A DNA stretch of 64,000 nt from Macrostomum hystrix (GCA_950097015.1 CATNEN010000025.1:5394001-5458000); one strand, 5' to 3'. Counted from the first letter of the stretch, positions 1 through 12,622 are shown. Made by a program: numbers and translations. Notes: a model not told the origin generated them from the sequence alone.

Positions 1-877
1 TCTGATGGATTGTGTATTGACAGTCGGACATCAGTGTCAGATGAATCGGGTGGATTTAAGGGTTTCATTAATTTCAGTTTTAGCAATTGAAGAAATATGA
101 GACACTCTCTGCCCATCTCTTGGCGATGATCAAAGTGAAAATTAATTGGCGAATTCATGGCCAGATGATTTACAAGGAATTATTCAAATAACTAATTCTC
201 CCAAAGGAAAGTATCTTTAACTAAAGCCGGCAAACACCTGTAATTTAGTCTGCAATCAACACAGAAAATAATTTTCTTCATCCGGGCGTGACTAATAGCC
301 CGTTCGTACGAAAAACCCGCGCTAAAAATAGACCATAGGCAAGGGCAGTGCGCGTAGCAACAGAGGTAAAGGTGCAAGAATCTTATTGACCTGTGTTGGG
401 CGGGTATAGTGTCTCGAGAGAATTTGCTGAGTTGAAAGCAATATTGACATATGGGGACTCGCAGTGTGCAGTCGGGTCACGGCTAGTGAACAACGTTGAC
501 GGCCGACTGTCAGCTGTCAACAGTAATCGGACACATATGGCTGTCTTAGTAACAGTTTTAACTAATCGATAAGGGAAGTTTCTCTTTTAGTAATTCTACT
601 CCGGGGTCGCTATAGTTCATACTGTCTCCGATAGTGCGCAGAGCTAATTTTCTGTGAAACTAATTTTCTGTAAAACAGTGAAACTACGCGCCATGTTAGC
701 TACTAAATTGTCACACTGTCGAGATTTTCAGCGTTCAGAAATCATAACGTTCAGACGCGAAAAGTATCTCTTGCGGCGAAACGATACATTTTTCGAATAG
801 TAAAACTGTCTAACCTGTCAGAACGTCCATCGAAACTATCAAAACATCGAAGAGGCCAGAACGTCTTTTTAGCTAGA

Positions 878-1035
878 GGTTTTGATTCAGTTCCGGTGGT
901 TTTGAGGTAGTTCTAGTGGTTTTGAGGTAGTTCCAGTGGTTTTGAGGTAGTTCCAGTGGTTTTGAGGTAGTTCCAGTGGTTTAGAGTTAGTTCCAGTGGT
1001 TTTGAGTTAGTTTCAGTGGTTTTGAGGCAGTTCTG
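878..1035. repeat. 20-bp minisatellite (GTAGTTCCAGTGGTTTTGAG)n
   Basis: About 7-8 tandem units visible directly. Confidence 0.9.
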
Positions 1036-1579
1036 AGATGTCAATCAAACGTGCCTTTCACCGATTTTCCAAGGACTTCAGTCTTCATGTGGCTATGTGT
1101 CGTTGCTTGGATAAAAGGACATCACTAGATTGCCTTTATACTCCTTAACAAAAGGTATCTGGATCCCATCTACCTTAGCTTGCACAACACCACGCACTTA
1201 GCTTGAGTGGATAGCTCCCACACCATCCTGGGGCTCTGTTTCTATTTGAAAACTTCCCTGTTAATCTTTCTCTATTCACCCAGCCTCCACTTCATCCATT
1301 AGTACGAAAAAGCGGGAAGTTGTCCCGCATTAGACCGTAGGTTGGCTTTCCGAGCCGGCCCCATCCCGCCATCCCTCCAGTGAGAGAAGCGACCAGTTCT
1401 CATTGGCTCCAGTCTCCCAAAGTCATCCCTGAGATCGTCTGACACAGGCTAGTTTGTTGGGTTTCAATTTGAGCCCGTGGGATAAAAACGCAGTTAAGTC
1501 TCTCTCACTATATATCTCTATCTGTCTCTCGCCCAGGGTTTCGGAGAGTCGGCCGCCTGACATCTCGCCCCGATCCCGA

Positions 1580-2839
1580 ATGGTTCTGTCCGTGTGCTCA
1601 CATCCAAGCCTGTGGCTTGACAGCCCGACAGCGTCCCAGCTGGCTGGCAAGGTCAGCATCCTGCTGCTCATGCTGCTGGTCATTCTGGAGACTGTGCTAG
1701 GCAACTCCCTGGTCGTGTCGTCGGTTGTAAAATTTCGTCGACTCCGTTCGCAGCGATGCTTTCACCTGCTGGCTTCGCTAGCTACAGCCGACATCGCCAT
1801 CGCCGTCATCGTGATGATCGCCTCCAGTGTCTACATATTCCTGCGCTGTTGGCCGTTCGGCGATTTCTTCTGCAAATTTTTTCTCTCGTCCGACATCATG
1901 TGCTGCACGGCTAGCATCTTGCACCTGTGCCTAATTAGCGTCGACCGGTACATTGCCGTCAATCGTCCGTTGCGCTACAAACTGATCGTACAACCACGTC
2001 GCATCGCAGTCTCCGTGGCGGGCGTCTGGGCCGTCAGCATCGGGCTGAGCTTCGGTCCGGTCTACTCCGGCATCTTCAGACCTGCCGGGCCCAGCGCGAT
2101 CGTCAGCGACTCCGGGAACTTCAGCAGCCGACTGGCAGCCGAGGTGCCGCAGTGCCGCATGGTGACCAACCAGGTGTACGGCGTGGTTTCAGCCAGCACC
2201 TCCTTCTTCCTGCCGCTGGTGGTCATGACCCTGGCCTACGCTCGGGTCCACAGAATCGCCACTGACCAATGCGAACTCATTCGACAACAGAGCGCCCAGG
2301 CGTCCAGACAGATCCGCCACGAGACCAAGGCCACGAAGACTCTCGGCCTGATCCTCGGCTGTTTCTACGTCTGCTGGCTGCCCTTCTTTGTCATGTACGT
2401 AGTCTGTCCATTCACCAGCAGCCAGTGCAGCGGCCTGGCCGAGTGGCAGGTGGACCTCATCACCTGGATCGGGTACGCCAACTCCGGTCTCAACCCGATC
2501 CTGTACTGCTTCAACCAGCGCGAGTTCCGCTGCGCCTTCCAGCAGCTGCTCGGCTTCCGAGCCGCCGGCGCCTCCGGCTACCTGCGCTCCGAGCGGCACT
2601 CGAACTCCGCCGCCGCAGCCGCCGCGTACCCGCCGTTGCCCAGGACGGGCCGGCAGCACGGCGACAAGGCCGGTGGAGCGGACGCCGGGAAGAACGGCGA
2701 GCAGCGGCTGCTGCGGCTGCAGCTGGCAGCGAATCGGCGGGCCAGGCATCGACGAGCGATGGAGGCGGCGTTGAATTTCGAATACGAAGCCGTTGATTAC
2801 GGGGGAGCCCTGGCTACGAAGGTGGGCAACGGGAACTGA
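1580..2839 (+). CDS. Intronless biogenic-amine class A GPCR (octopamine-beta / 5-HT4 / D1-like group), 419 aa
   Basis: ORF 1454-2839 begins at TTG; first ATG is 1580. Motifs: TM1 GN, TM2 LAxAD, TM3 SSDIMCCTASILHLCLISVDRY (amine-binding Asp plus DRY), TM5 SFFLP, ETKATKTLG, TM6 CWLPFF, TM7 WIGYANSGLNPILY. Confidence 0.93.
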   Translation: MVLSVCSHPSLWLDSPTASQLAGKVSILLLMLLVILETVLGNSLVVSSVVKFRRLRSQRCFHLLASLATADIAIAVIVMIASSVYIFLRCWPFGDFFCKFFLSSDIMCCTASILHLCLISVDRYIAVNRPLRYKLIVQPRRIAVSVAGVWAVSIGLSFGPVYSGIFRPAGPSAIVSDSGNFSSRLAAEVPQCRMVTNQVYGVVSASTSFFLPLVVMTLAYARVHRIATDQCELIRQQSAQASRQIRHETKATKTLGLILGCFYVCWLPFFVMYVVCPFTSSQCSGLAEWQVDLITWIGYANSGLNPILYCFNQREFRCAFQQLLGFRAAGASGYLRSERHSNSAAAAAAYPPLPRTGRQHGDKAGGADAGKNGEQRLLRLQLAANRRARHRRAMEAALNFEYEAVDYGGALATKVGNGN

Positions 2840-3104
2840 CCATTAAATCCTATAGACAACATTCAGGTTTCAACAGGACTGCTTCTCTGATGCGTTGAAT
2901 TTCACTACAAAAATGCTGAATTTTTTCACACAGAAGTGAGAACGAAAGACTTCTTTCTAAATTCTCGTGTATTTGCATCGGTCCGTCTCTTGCCTTTCAG
3001 ATTTTTTTCAACTTCTACTTCTCTCTTCCCCTCAATCTAACCCTGAAGATGATAACCAAATAACGGCAAATTGAATCTTAATTGCTGTCCCTTTCGAGGC
3101 TTAA

Positions 3105-4035
3105 CACTATCCCTCCTCTCTCCCTCCTCTATCTCCTCCTATCTCTCTACCCTCCTCTCTCCCCACACACTCTCCCCAGCTCTCGCTTCCCTCCTCTCTC
3201 TCCCCTCCTCTCTCTCCCCTCCTCACTCTCCCCTCCTCTCTCTCCCCTCCTCACTCTCTCCTCCTCTCTCCCCTCCCCACTCTCTCCCTCCTCTCTATCC
3301 CCTCCCCACTCTCTCCCTCCTCTCTCTCCTCCTCTCTCTCCCTCCCCACTCTCTCCTCCTCTCTCTCTCCTCCTCTCTCTCCCCTCCTCTCTCTCCCCTC
3401 CTCTCTCTCCTCCTCTCTCTCCCTCCCCACTCTCTCCTCCTCTCTCTCTCCTCCTCTCTCTCCTCCTCTCTCTCCCCTCCTCTCTCTCTCCTCCTCTCTC
3501 TCCCCTCCTCTCTCTCTCCTCCTCTCTCTCCCCTCCTCTCTCTCCTCCTCTCTCTCCCTCCCCACTCTCTCCTCCTCTCTCTCTCCTCCTCTCTCTCCCT
3601 CCCCACTCTCTCCTCCTCTCTCTCTCCTCCTCTCTCTCTCCTCCTCTCTCTCCCCTCCACTCTCTCTCCTCCTCTCTCTCCCCTCCTCTCTCTCTCCTCC
3701 TCTCTCTCCCCTCCTCTCTCTCCTCCTCTCTCTCCCTCCCCACTCTCTCCTCCTCTCTCTCTCCTCCTCTCTCTCCCTCCCCACTCTCTCCTCCTCTCTC
3801 TCCCCTCCTCTCTCTCTCCTCCTCTCTCTCCCCTCCTCTCTCTCTCCTCTTCTCTCTCCTCTCCTCTCTCTCTCCTCCTCTCTCTCCCCTCCTCTCTCTC
3901 TCCTCCTCTCTCTCCCCTCCTCTCTCTCTCCTCCTCTCTCTCCCCTCCCCACTCTCTCCCTCCTCTCTCTCCCCTCTTGTCTCTCCTCCTTTCTCTCCCT
4001 CCCCACTCTCCCTCTCCTCTCTCACCTCCTCTCTT
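3105..4035. repeat. CT-rich low-complexity polypyrimidine tract
   Basis: Runs of CTCT/CTCC; the ORFs predicted here are repeat artefacts. Confidence 0.95.
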
Positions 4036-4599
4036 ACAGAATTGATTACTAAGATCACAAAGCTTGCTTAACAGATTAAACCAAAGAATTAGACGAATGA
4101 ATCGATTCATAAATTAATAACGATACACGAACAAATGCTAAAACAACACGCGCCCACGCAGGTGCAAAAGCAAATTTACGCTAAAGAGCTCTTTTTTGAT
4201 AAGCTTATGTTTCAGGCCATCTGCCATTTTTATGTTATTGTATTTCGTTCTTTTCGAATTTATTTTTGATAAATTATACCGACTAATTAGCATAATAACA
4301 TTATTAATTATATAAAACTGTAGGTCTAGTTGGGTTTTCAATCGCGGCCCAAGCATTCTACTCGTACTAAAGAATGTTTCATTGATGACGCTTGCACAAC
4401 TCACACAGATGCTTTTAAGGGTTGTTTTTTATATATTCGGCATTCGGAAAAGTCAAGGAATGGGGCATGATTTATTGCCATTCGGAATCTGGCTTGCTGT
4501 CTGTTGCAAAGTCTCGAACTATTGATTCTGAGTGAGTTCCCTATTCTGTCATTTCATTGAATTGAGAATTATTTGCATACTGTGCCGTATTGCCTTTCT

Positions 4600-5270
4600 T
4601 CCTTCAGTTCTCTACTTTGCCTTCCTCCCTTCCCTCCACTTCCCCTTCATCTCTCTCTTCCTCTCTCCCCTCCTCCCTCCCTTCCTCTCTCCCTTCCTCT
4701 CTCCCTTCCTCTCTCTTCCTGCCTTCTCTCCACTTCCCCTTCCTCTGTCCCTTCCTCTCTCCCTTCCTCTCTCCCTTCCTCTCTCCTCTCCTCTCTCCCT
4801 TCCTCTCTCCCTTCCTCTCTACCTTCCTCTATATCTCTTCGTCTCTCCCTTCCTCCCTTCCCTCCACTCCCCCTTCCTCTCTCTCTTCCTCTCTCCCTTA
4901 CACTCTTCCTGTCTTTTTCTCTCCCTTCCTCTCACCCTTTCTCTCACACCCTTCCTCTCACCCTTCCTCTCACACCCTTCCTCTCACACCCTTCCTCTCA
5001 CACCCTTCCTCTCTCACCCTTCCTCTCACCCTTCTTCTCTCACCCTTCCTCTCTCACCCTTCCTCTCACACCCTTCCTCTCTCACCCTTCCTCTCTCACC
5101 CTTCCTCTCTCACCCTTCCTCTCTCACCCTTCCTCTCACACCCTTCCTCTCACACCCTTCCTCTCACCTTTCCTTTCTTTCCCTTCCACTCTCGCTTCCT
5201 TTCTCCTTCTTTCTCCTTCCTCTGTCTCCCTTCTTCTGTCCACTTTCCTCTCCTCTTTCCTTTTTTGTCC
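4600..5270. repeat. CT-rich simple repeat (CCCTTCCTCTCT / CCCTTCCTCTCACA units)
   Basis: Tandem 12-14-bp pyrimidine units. Confidence 0.9.
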
Positions 5271-5859
5271 CAGTTTCCTAAGCTACAATTTTTAGTTTTA
5301 TGCTGTTTAGAGTTCGAATTAAAAGTGTCGGGCACAGCAACCAAATCACACTTTACCAATCTAGTCTAGCTAGTCTGAAAGTCGATAAGCGTCACTTATC
5401 TTAAAAGTATTTCCGTTTTAAATTGCTTTGAAAGTCTTCCGAAGCCCTGTTCAAATTTCCTAAATGAAAGACGCCGTCTTTGAAAGACGTGTCAAGTGGC
5501 TCAGATGGAGCCAGACAAACTAAGGAGTGAATTCAAGTGACAAATTGTTTTACGAGTAGAAAAACAAGTTTCAAGTTGCTAGACACCCTGACACCCTGAC
5601 CTAATATGAGATTATCAGCATTGGACTGCAGTAAGGTGAGACTACTGTAACCCCTAGCCAAGGTGTTGACAGTTATTTATGGCTCGTTTGTTAAAAACCA
5701 ATTTCAATTTAAGAATGTCGAGATTTAAAACTAAATTCTAGGAAACGGAATGGAAAAGAATCCGAATTTTCTGAAAATGTGAATTTTCGGGTAAGGGGGG
5801 TTCATTTCGGAAAAGCAAAATTCAGTAAAGGTAAAATTCCCCGAAAAGTAATAATAATA

Positions 5860-6122
5860 AGAAATAATTGATTACACCTGCCCCAATTGGGCCAGATGTG
5901 CAGCCGACAGCACAGCCGCAGCTATTGCGCGGCGCATCTGAAGACTGTGTACAGCTGTTCAGTCCATGGACTGGGGGGACGCCACACCCAACCTTCAATT
6001 ATCCCAGCTGATGCTGGTACCCATTTAACAGCTGGGTGACCCAAATTGTTCCAGTGGAGTCGGGAATCGAACCCCCGACCTTCAAGTCGTGAGTCCGACA
6101 CCCTAACCACTAGGCTACAACC
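5860..6122 (-). mobile_element. tRNA-derived SINE family A, copy 1 (CORE partly deleted)
   Basis: Minus strand starts GGTTGTAGCCTAGTGGTTAG (A box) ... GGTTCGATTCCC (B box). Body has CACCCAGCTGTTAAATGGGTACC and CCCCCCAGTCCATGGACTGAAC, then a TTA-rich tail. Homologous copies lie near 10.1-10.6, 25.9-26.6, 38.5-38.8 and 63.0-63.2 kb. Confidence 0.85.
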
Positions 6123-6249
6123 TCTCCGAAAAGTAAAATTCTGAAAAGCGAAATTTCTGGACAGAGAGATTTCGGAAAATGAAAAAATATGTAAAAGGTA
6201 AATTCGGGAAAAACTAAATTCTAGAAAACGAAAATTTTGGGAAAATGAA

Positions 6250-7545
6250 AATTCGTTAGTAGAAAAATTCGGGAAAGGGAAAATTCGGGAAAGGGAAAAT
6301 TCGGAAAGGGAAAATTCGGAAAGGGAAAATTCGGGAAAGGGAAAATTCGGAAAGGGAAAATTCGGGAAAGGGAAAATTCGAGAAAGGGAAGATTCGGGAA
6401 AGGGAAAATTCGGGAAAGGGAAAATTCGGGAAAGGGAAAATTCGGGAAAGGGAAGATTCGGGAAAGGGAAAATTCGGGAAAGGGAAAATTTAAAAGGGAA
6501 AATTCGAGAAAGGGAACATTCGGGAAAGGGAAAATTTGGGAAAGGGAAAATTCGGGAAAGGGAAAATTCGAGAAAGGGAACATTCGGGAAATAGGAAAAA
6601 TCGGGAAAGGGAAGATTGGGGAAAGGGAAAATTTGGGAAAGGGAAAATTCGGGAAAGGGAAAATTTGGGAAAAGGAAAATTCGGGAAAGGGAAAATTCGG
6701 GAAAGGGAAAATTTGGGAAAGGGAAAAGTCGGGAAAGGGAAAATTCGGGAAAGGGAAAATTTGGGAAAAGGAAAATTTGGGAAAGGGAAAATTCGAGAAA
6801 GGGAACATTCGGGAAAGGGAAGATTGGGGAAAGGGAAAATTTGGGAAAGGGAAAATTTGGGAAAGGGAAGATTGGGGAAAGGGAAAATTTGGGAAAGGGA
6901 AAATTCGGGAAAGGGAAGATTGGGGAAAGGGAAAATTTGGGAAAGGGAAAATTCGGGAAAGGGAAAATTTGGGAAAGGGAAAATTCGGGAAATAGGAAAA
7001 ATCGGGAAAAGGAAAATTTGGGAAAGGGAAAATTTGGGAAAGTGAAAATTCGGGAAAGGGAAGATTGGGGAAAGGGAAAATTTGGGAAAGGGAAAATTCG
7101 GGAAAGGGAAAATTCGGGAAAGGGAAAATTTGGGAAAGGGAAAATTCGGGAAATAGGAAAAATCGGGAAAAGGAAAATTTGGGAAAGGGAAAATTCGGTA
7201 AAGGGAAAATCAGGAAAGGGAAAATTTGGGAAAGGGAAAATTCGGGAAAGGGAAAATTTGGGAAAGGGAAAATTCGGGAAATAGGAAAAATCGGGAAAAG
7301 GAAAATTTGGGAAAGGGAAAATTTGGGAAAGGGAAAATTTGGGAAAGGGAAAATTCGGGAAAGGGAAGATTGGGGAAAGGGAAAATTTGGGAAAGGGAAA
7401 ATTCGGGAAAGGGAAAATTCGGGAAAGGGAAAATTTGGGAAAGGGAAAATTCGGGAAATAGGAAAAATCGGGAAAAGGAAAATTTGGGAAAGGGAAAATT
7501 CGGTAAAGGGAAAATCAGGAAAGGGAAAAATTGGTACAAGAAGCA
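6250..7545. repeat. 16-bp minisatellite (GGGAAAGGGAAAATT[C/T])n
   Basis: About 80 units with variant sub-blocks. Confidence 0.95.
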
Positions 7546-7546
7546 T

Positions 7547-9690
7547 TTGGGAAAATCGAGATAGGAAAAATTCATGAAAGGGGAACATTTAGGAAAGACA
7601 AAAATGATAAAAAGTGATATTTAAAATGTTGAAAAACGAATTTTGATTAAAAAGGAATTGTTTGTGATAGTCTTAAATTTAGTTTTACTGGCATATGAGC
7701 ATGACTAGTTCCAATCGGCTAGAAAATTTGATTTGCATCATCGAAATTTCAATACCATCAAGAAAGCAAGTTACGAAATTTCTGAACTGCTATTCAAGCA
7801 AGTGCACTTTGGAGAATGAACTGCCAGCCAGCCTGTCTGCTGTTCAATCCTCCAAAAAAGACTCAAGTTGAAAAGGCTTGCCCGACTAGACAGACAGATA
7901 TGGAGAGCCAATCAAGCTTCATGACAAGCAAATTAGAATGCTAATATAGGGACCAGGATCCCGTCCTGCTAGACCAGACTAGGGGACAACCCCATCGTTA
8001 TTGTCCCCAATCCAAGCAGCGCCATTCTCTTAAAGAACTCAGCTCACTTGTCATTCACGACCTGTCAGTTAGTCAGTCACATGCAAACATCTTCCTGCTG
8101 CACTCATGCACGATAATAGTCATCCGATTCTCTTCACATTCGCTTTTTTAGCACTGTGGCCTGTTTGTAGGCTATGCGCCTCCCTTCCTCCTCAAGCTTT
8201 TCCTCATCTCCATTTCTTTCTCGCTAACTCTCTACCTCTCCCCCATTCTCCCTTCCATTCTCCCTTCCTCTCTATCCCCTCCTCTCCGATTCTCACTTTC
8301 TCTCTCGATTCCTCTCTCCCTTCCTCCTTTCCTCTCTCCCTTCCTCTCTCTCTTCCTCTTTCTCTTCCCCTCTCCCTTCCTCTCTCCCTTCCTCTCTCCC
8401 TTCCTCCTTTCCTCTCTCCCTTCCTCTCTCCCTTCCTCCTTTCCTCTCTCCCTTCCTCTCTCTCTTCCTCTTTCTCTTCCCCTCTCCCTTCCTCTCTCCC
8501 TTCCTCTCTCCATTCCTCCTTTCCTCTCTTGGAAATTTGGAAAAATCGAGATAGGAAAAATTCATGAAAGGGGAACATTTAGGAAAGACAAAAATGATAA
8601 AAAGTGATATTTAAAATGTTGAAAAACGAATTTTGATTAAAAAGGAATTGTTTGTGATAGTCTTAAATTTAGTTTTACTGGCATATGAGCATGACTAGTT
8701 CCAATCGGCTAGAAAATTTGATTTGCATCATCGAAATTTCAATACCATCAAGAAAGCAAGTTACGAAATTTCTGAACTGCTATTCAAGCAAGTGCACTTT
8801 GGAGAATGAACTGCCAGCCAGCCTGTCTGCTGTTCAATCCTCCAAAAAAGACTCAAGTTGAAAAGGCTTGCCCGACTAGACAGACAGATATGGAGAGCCA
8901 ATCAAGCTTCATGACAAGCAAATTAGAATGCTAATATAGGGACCAGGATCCCGTCCTGCTAGACCAGACTAGGGGACAACCCCATCGTTATTGTCCCCAA
9001 TCCAAGCAGCGCCATTCTCTTAAAGAACTCAGCTCACTTGTCATTCACGACCTGTCAGTTAGTCAGTCACATGCAAACATCTTCCTGCTGCACTCATGCA
9101 CGATAATAGTCATCCGATTCTCTTCACATTCGCTTTTTTAGCACTGTGGCCTGTTTGTAGGCTATGCGCCTCCCTTCCTCCTCAAGCTTTTCCTCATCTC
9201 CATTTCTTTCTCGCTAACTCTCTACCTACCTCTCCCCCATTCTCCCTTCCATTCTCCCTTCCTCTCTATCCCCTCCTCTCCGATTCTCACTTTCTCTCTC
9301 GATTCCTCTCTCCCTTCCTCCTTTCCTCTCTCCCTTCCTCTCTCTCTTCCTCTCTCTCTCTTCCCCTCTCCCTTCCTCTCTCCCTTCCTCTCTCCATTCC
9401 TCCTTTCCTCTCTCCCTTCCTCTCTCCCTTCCTCCTTTCCTCTCTCCCTTCCTCTCTCCCTTCCTCCTTTCCTCTCTCCCTTCCTCTCTCCCTTCCCCTC
9501 TCTCTTCCTCTCTCCCTTCCTCTCTCCCTTCCTCCCTTCCTCTCTCCCTTCCTCCTTTCCTCTTTCCCTTCCTCTCTCTCTTCCTCTCTCCCTTCCTCCC
9601 TTCCTCTCTCCCTTCCTCCCTTCCTCTCTCCCTTCCTCTCTCCCTTCCTCCCTCCTTTCTTCTCTGTCTCCTATCATCTCTCCCTTCCTC
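7547..9690. repeat. 990-bp-period tandem segmental duplication (unique segment plus CT tract)
   Basis: 7561 ATAGGAAAAATTCATG matches 8551. About 690 bp of unique sequence (7547-8236 vs 8537-9226) looks essentially identical by eye; each copy is followed by a CT-rich tract. Confidence 0.9.
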
Positions 9691-10074
9691 TAAACGTCTA
9701 AAATCATCGCAGCGATATAAAACTGACAGAGAAGGCAGCACGAATTTTAGTCTCATTCTTTGTCATTTTTATAGTGAAATTGTGATTTAAGCAAATGTTC
9801 TGACATTTTTTGTTGAGTGTCAGTTTTCTGACGCAAGCTAATTTACGAGCGATTTGAGTACAAAAATAACATGTATTACCTTGAGATTAAACAACGTTTC
9901 TATGAAAGTCGTCCTGGTGAAGGTATGCGTTTTTTCTAGAAAATCTCTTTTTAGATTAAAAAATAATAGTTTTCTACGAAACTTTAGCACGCTTTTTTCT
10001 TTGTCAAAAATTCTAAAAGAGTGTTTCCTTTTCCTAGCTTAAACAGTTTAAAGTTTTTATAATTTTTGTAAATA

Positions 10075-10590
10075 AAATTAGGCCAGATCAGCAGACAGCA
10101 GACAGCAGACAGCAGACAGCAGACAGCAGACAGCAGACAGCAGAAAGCAGACAGCAGACAGCAGACAGCAGACAGCAGACAGCAGACAGCAGACAGCAGA
10201 CAGCAGACAGCAGACAGCAGAAAGCAGACAGCAGACAGCAGACAGCAGACAGCAGACAGCAGACAGCAGACAGCAGACAGCAGACAGCAGACAGCAGAAA
10301 GCAGACAGCAGACAGCAGACAGCAGACAGCAGACAGCAGACAGCAGACAGCAGACAGCAGACAGCCGCGGCCATTGCGCCGCGCATCTGAAGGCTGCGTA
10401 CGGCTGTTCAGTCCATGGACTGGGGGGACGCCACACCCACCTTCAATTAATTCTGGCTCCTATTTAACTGTGAACTGAAGCGATGCAGAGTTAAGTGACT
10501 TTCTTAATGACAAAAATTATTCCAGTAGTGTCGGGAATCGAACCCCCGACCTTCAAGTCGTGAGTCAGACTCACTAACCGCTAGGCTACA
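10075..10590 (-). mobile_element. SINE family A, copy 2, with an internal (AGACAGC)n expansion
   Basis: tRNA head at 10530-10590 (plus strand TCGGGAATCGAACCCCCGACC), body AGTCCATGGACT, and the 3' part GGCCAGAT resumes at 10081 on the far side of the heptamer array. Confidence 0.8.
10088..10365. repeat. Heptamer repeat (AGACAGC)n
   Basis: About 39 near-perfect units with occasional AGAAAGC variants. Confidence 0.95.
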
Positions 10591-11214
10591 AAAGGTTTCA
10601 GACTGGACAAGAAAAGTTATTTTGGAGACATAATTTTCACGAGACTGAAAGCAGATGGCCCAGTTGACTCAATCCTCAATTGATTTTTTTAAATCTGCGA
10701 TTATCCATTTAAATTAGCTTTTTCTCTCAAATTTCGCTGCAGATTTATAAGATCAATCGACGATCTCGATCCTAAGTGTCCGTTTTGGGAGATTTCGAGA
10801 ATTTCTCAATTTGTTTGACTTGGGAATTTCTTTTTGGGGCCGCAGCTGGATTGACCAAGGAAGGGAGAAATTCCCCTGAGAATGGTAGTTGGGACCAAAA
10901 AAAGTTTATTTGCCCATTCTCTCTTTGGTCTGAGTATCTTAATGTTGCGCCGTATCGACATCGGTGGGTTAAGATGGGATTTCGGGACGCGTGGGGGGGG
11001 AAGGGGTTTAATCCCTATTCCGCCAGAGCTGATGATTCCAGCTGATGCTTCTGAAAGAAACAAGCAGAAATGTTAGAAGTAAAAGTCTCTGGATGAGAGC
11101 TTCGGAATGTGGCAAGGGGTAGAACGAAATAATGAGGTGGTGGGATATTGAGATCAGGATTAAAATGAAGAAATACATACAATAAATTCAGGGGGAGAGA
11201 AGCCGAGACGTAAG

Positions 11215-12025
11215 AATGGGTAAGAATGACGTTCAGGGGTAAGAAAGATATACATGGGGTAAGAAAGACGTACAGGGGTACGAAAGACGTACAGGGGTAA
11301 GAAAGACGTACAGGGGTAAGAAAGACGTACAGGGGTAAGAAAGACGTACAGGGGTAAGAAAGACGTTCAGGGGTAAGAAAGACGTTCAGGGGTAAGAAAG
11401 ACGTACAGGGGTAAGAAAGACGTTCAGGGGTAAGAAAGACGTTCAGGGGTAAGAAAGACGTTCAGGGGTAAGAAAGACGTTCAGGGTAAGAAAGACGTTC
11501 AGGGGTAAGAAAGACGTTCAGGGGTAAGAAAGACGTACAGGGGTAAGAAAGACGTTCAGGGGTAAGAAAGACGTTCAGGGGTAAGAAAGACGTACAGGGG
11601 TAAGAAAGACGTTCAGGGGTAAGAAAGACGTTTCAAGGGTAAGAAAGACGTTCAGGGGTAAGAAAGACGTACAGGGGTAAGAAAGACGTTCAGGGGTAAG
11701 AAAGACGTTCAGGGGTAAGAAAGACGTTCAGGGGTAAGAAAGACGTTCAGGGTAAGAAAGACGTTCAGGGGTAAGAAAGACGTTCAGGGGTAAGAAAGAC
11801 GTACAGGGGTAAGAAAGACGTTCAGGGGTAAGAAAGACGTTCAGGGGTAAGAAAGACGTACAGGGGTAAGAAAGACGTTCAGGGGTAAGAAAGACGTTCA
11901 GGGGTAAGAAAGACGTTCAGGGGTAAGAAAGACGTACAGGGGTAAGAAAGACGTACAGGGGTAAGAAAGACGTTCAGGGGTAAGAAAGACTTTCAGGGGT
12001 AAGAAAGACGTACAGGGGTAAGAAT
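11215..12025. repeat. 19-bp minisatellite (AGGGGTAAGAAAGACGT[A/T]C)n
   Basis: About 42 units. Confidence 0.95.
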
Positions 12026-12574
12026 TTGATAGATGGAACACAATTACGTCTGGCGTGAAAAACTACGCACGATTAACGGACAGAAAAGTCAATAATTTTG
12101 TAGTGGACATGACAGTAGAGAAATAGTTATTTTACAAGTTTCAGCAATAACCTCGCTAGTCATGCTCTTCTAGCAGCAATATTGTAACGGCGACAAAATG
12201 AAAAAATGACTGGATAGGGCGGATAGAGGTTTTTAGCTGAATCTTTTGTCTTGTCACCAACCGGAAATTTGGCTTCAACATAAGGAAGGACCCACATGCT
12301 TTCATGTTATTAAATAATGTTCGGCTTCACTAAGTCGTTAGAAAAGAAAATATATAAGATGCGTATTAACAAGAAAGCCTCCCTTCAAGTAAAAAAGCTA
12401 CAGTTTAGTTGCCCAAATCAGCGAGTGGTCACGTGTGGTTAAAAAAAACTACGCGCAATTCAATGTCTTTAGTTTCTTATTTCTACATCTCTTGTTAAAA
12501 TTTGACAATTCATTTGAAAGGCTTTGTCTTTTAGGGCGCCAATCGCTGATCTTTCTTTGTTGAGAAGTTCCTAG

Positions 12575-12622
12575 TGGATGATAGATAGATAGATAGATAG
12601 ATATATAGATAGATAGATAGAT

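Noticed and set aside
6050-6122. tRNA gene (CAC anticodon-like), also at 10.55, 25.9, 58.26 and 63.15 kb
   Set aside because: The anticodon and acceptor stems pair poorly, there is no poly-T terminator, and each head runs into a shared SINE body.
8106-8240. Signal-peptide-like ORF start MHDNSHPILFTFAFLALW (duplicated at 9096)
   Set aside because: It runs straight into a CT repeat, with no strong donor site or downstream exon and no recognisable domain.
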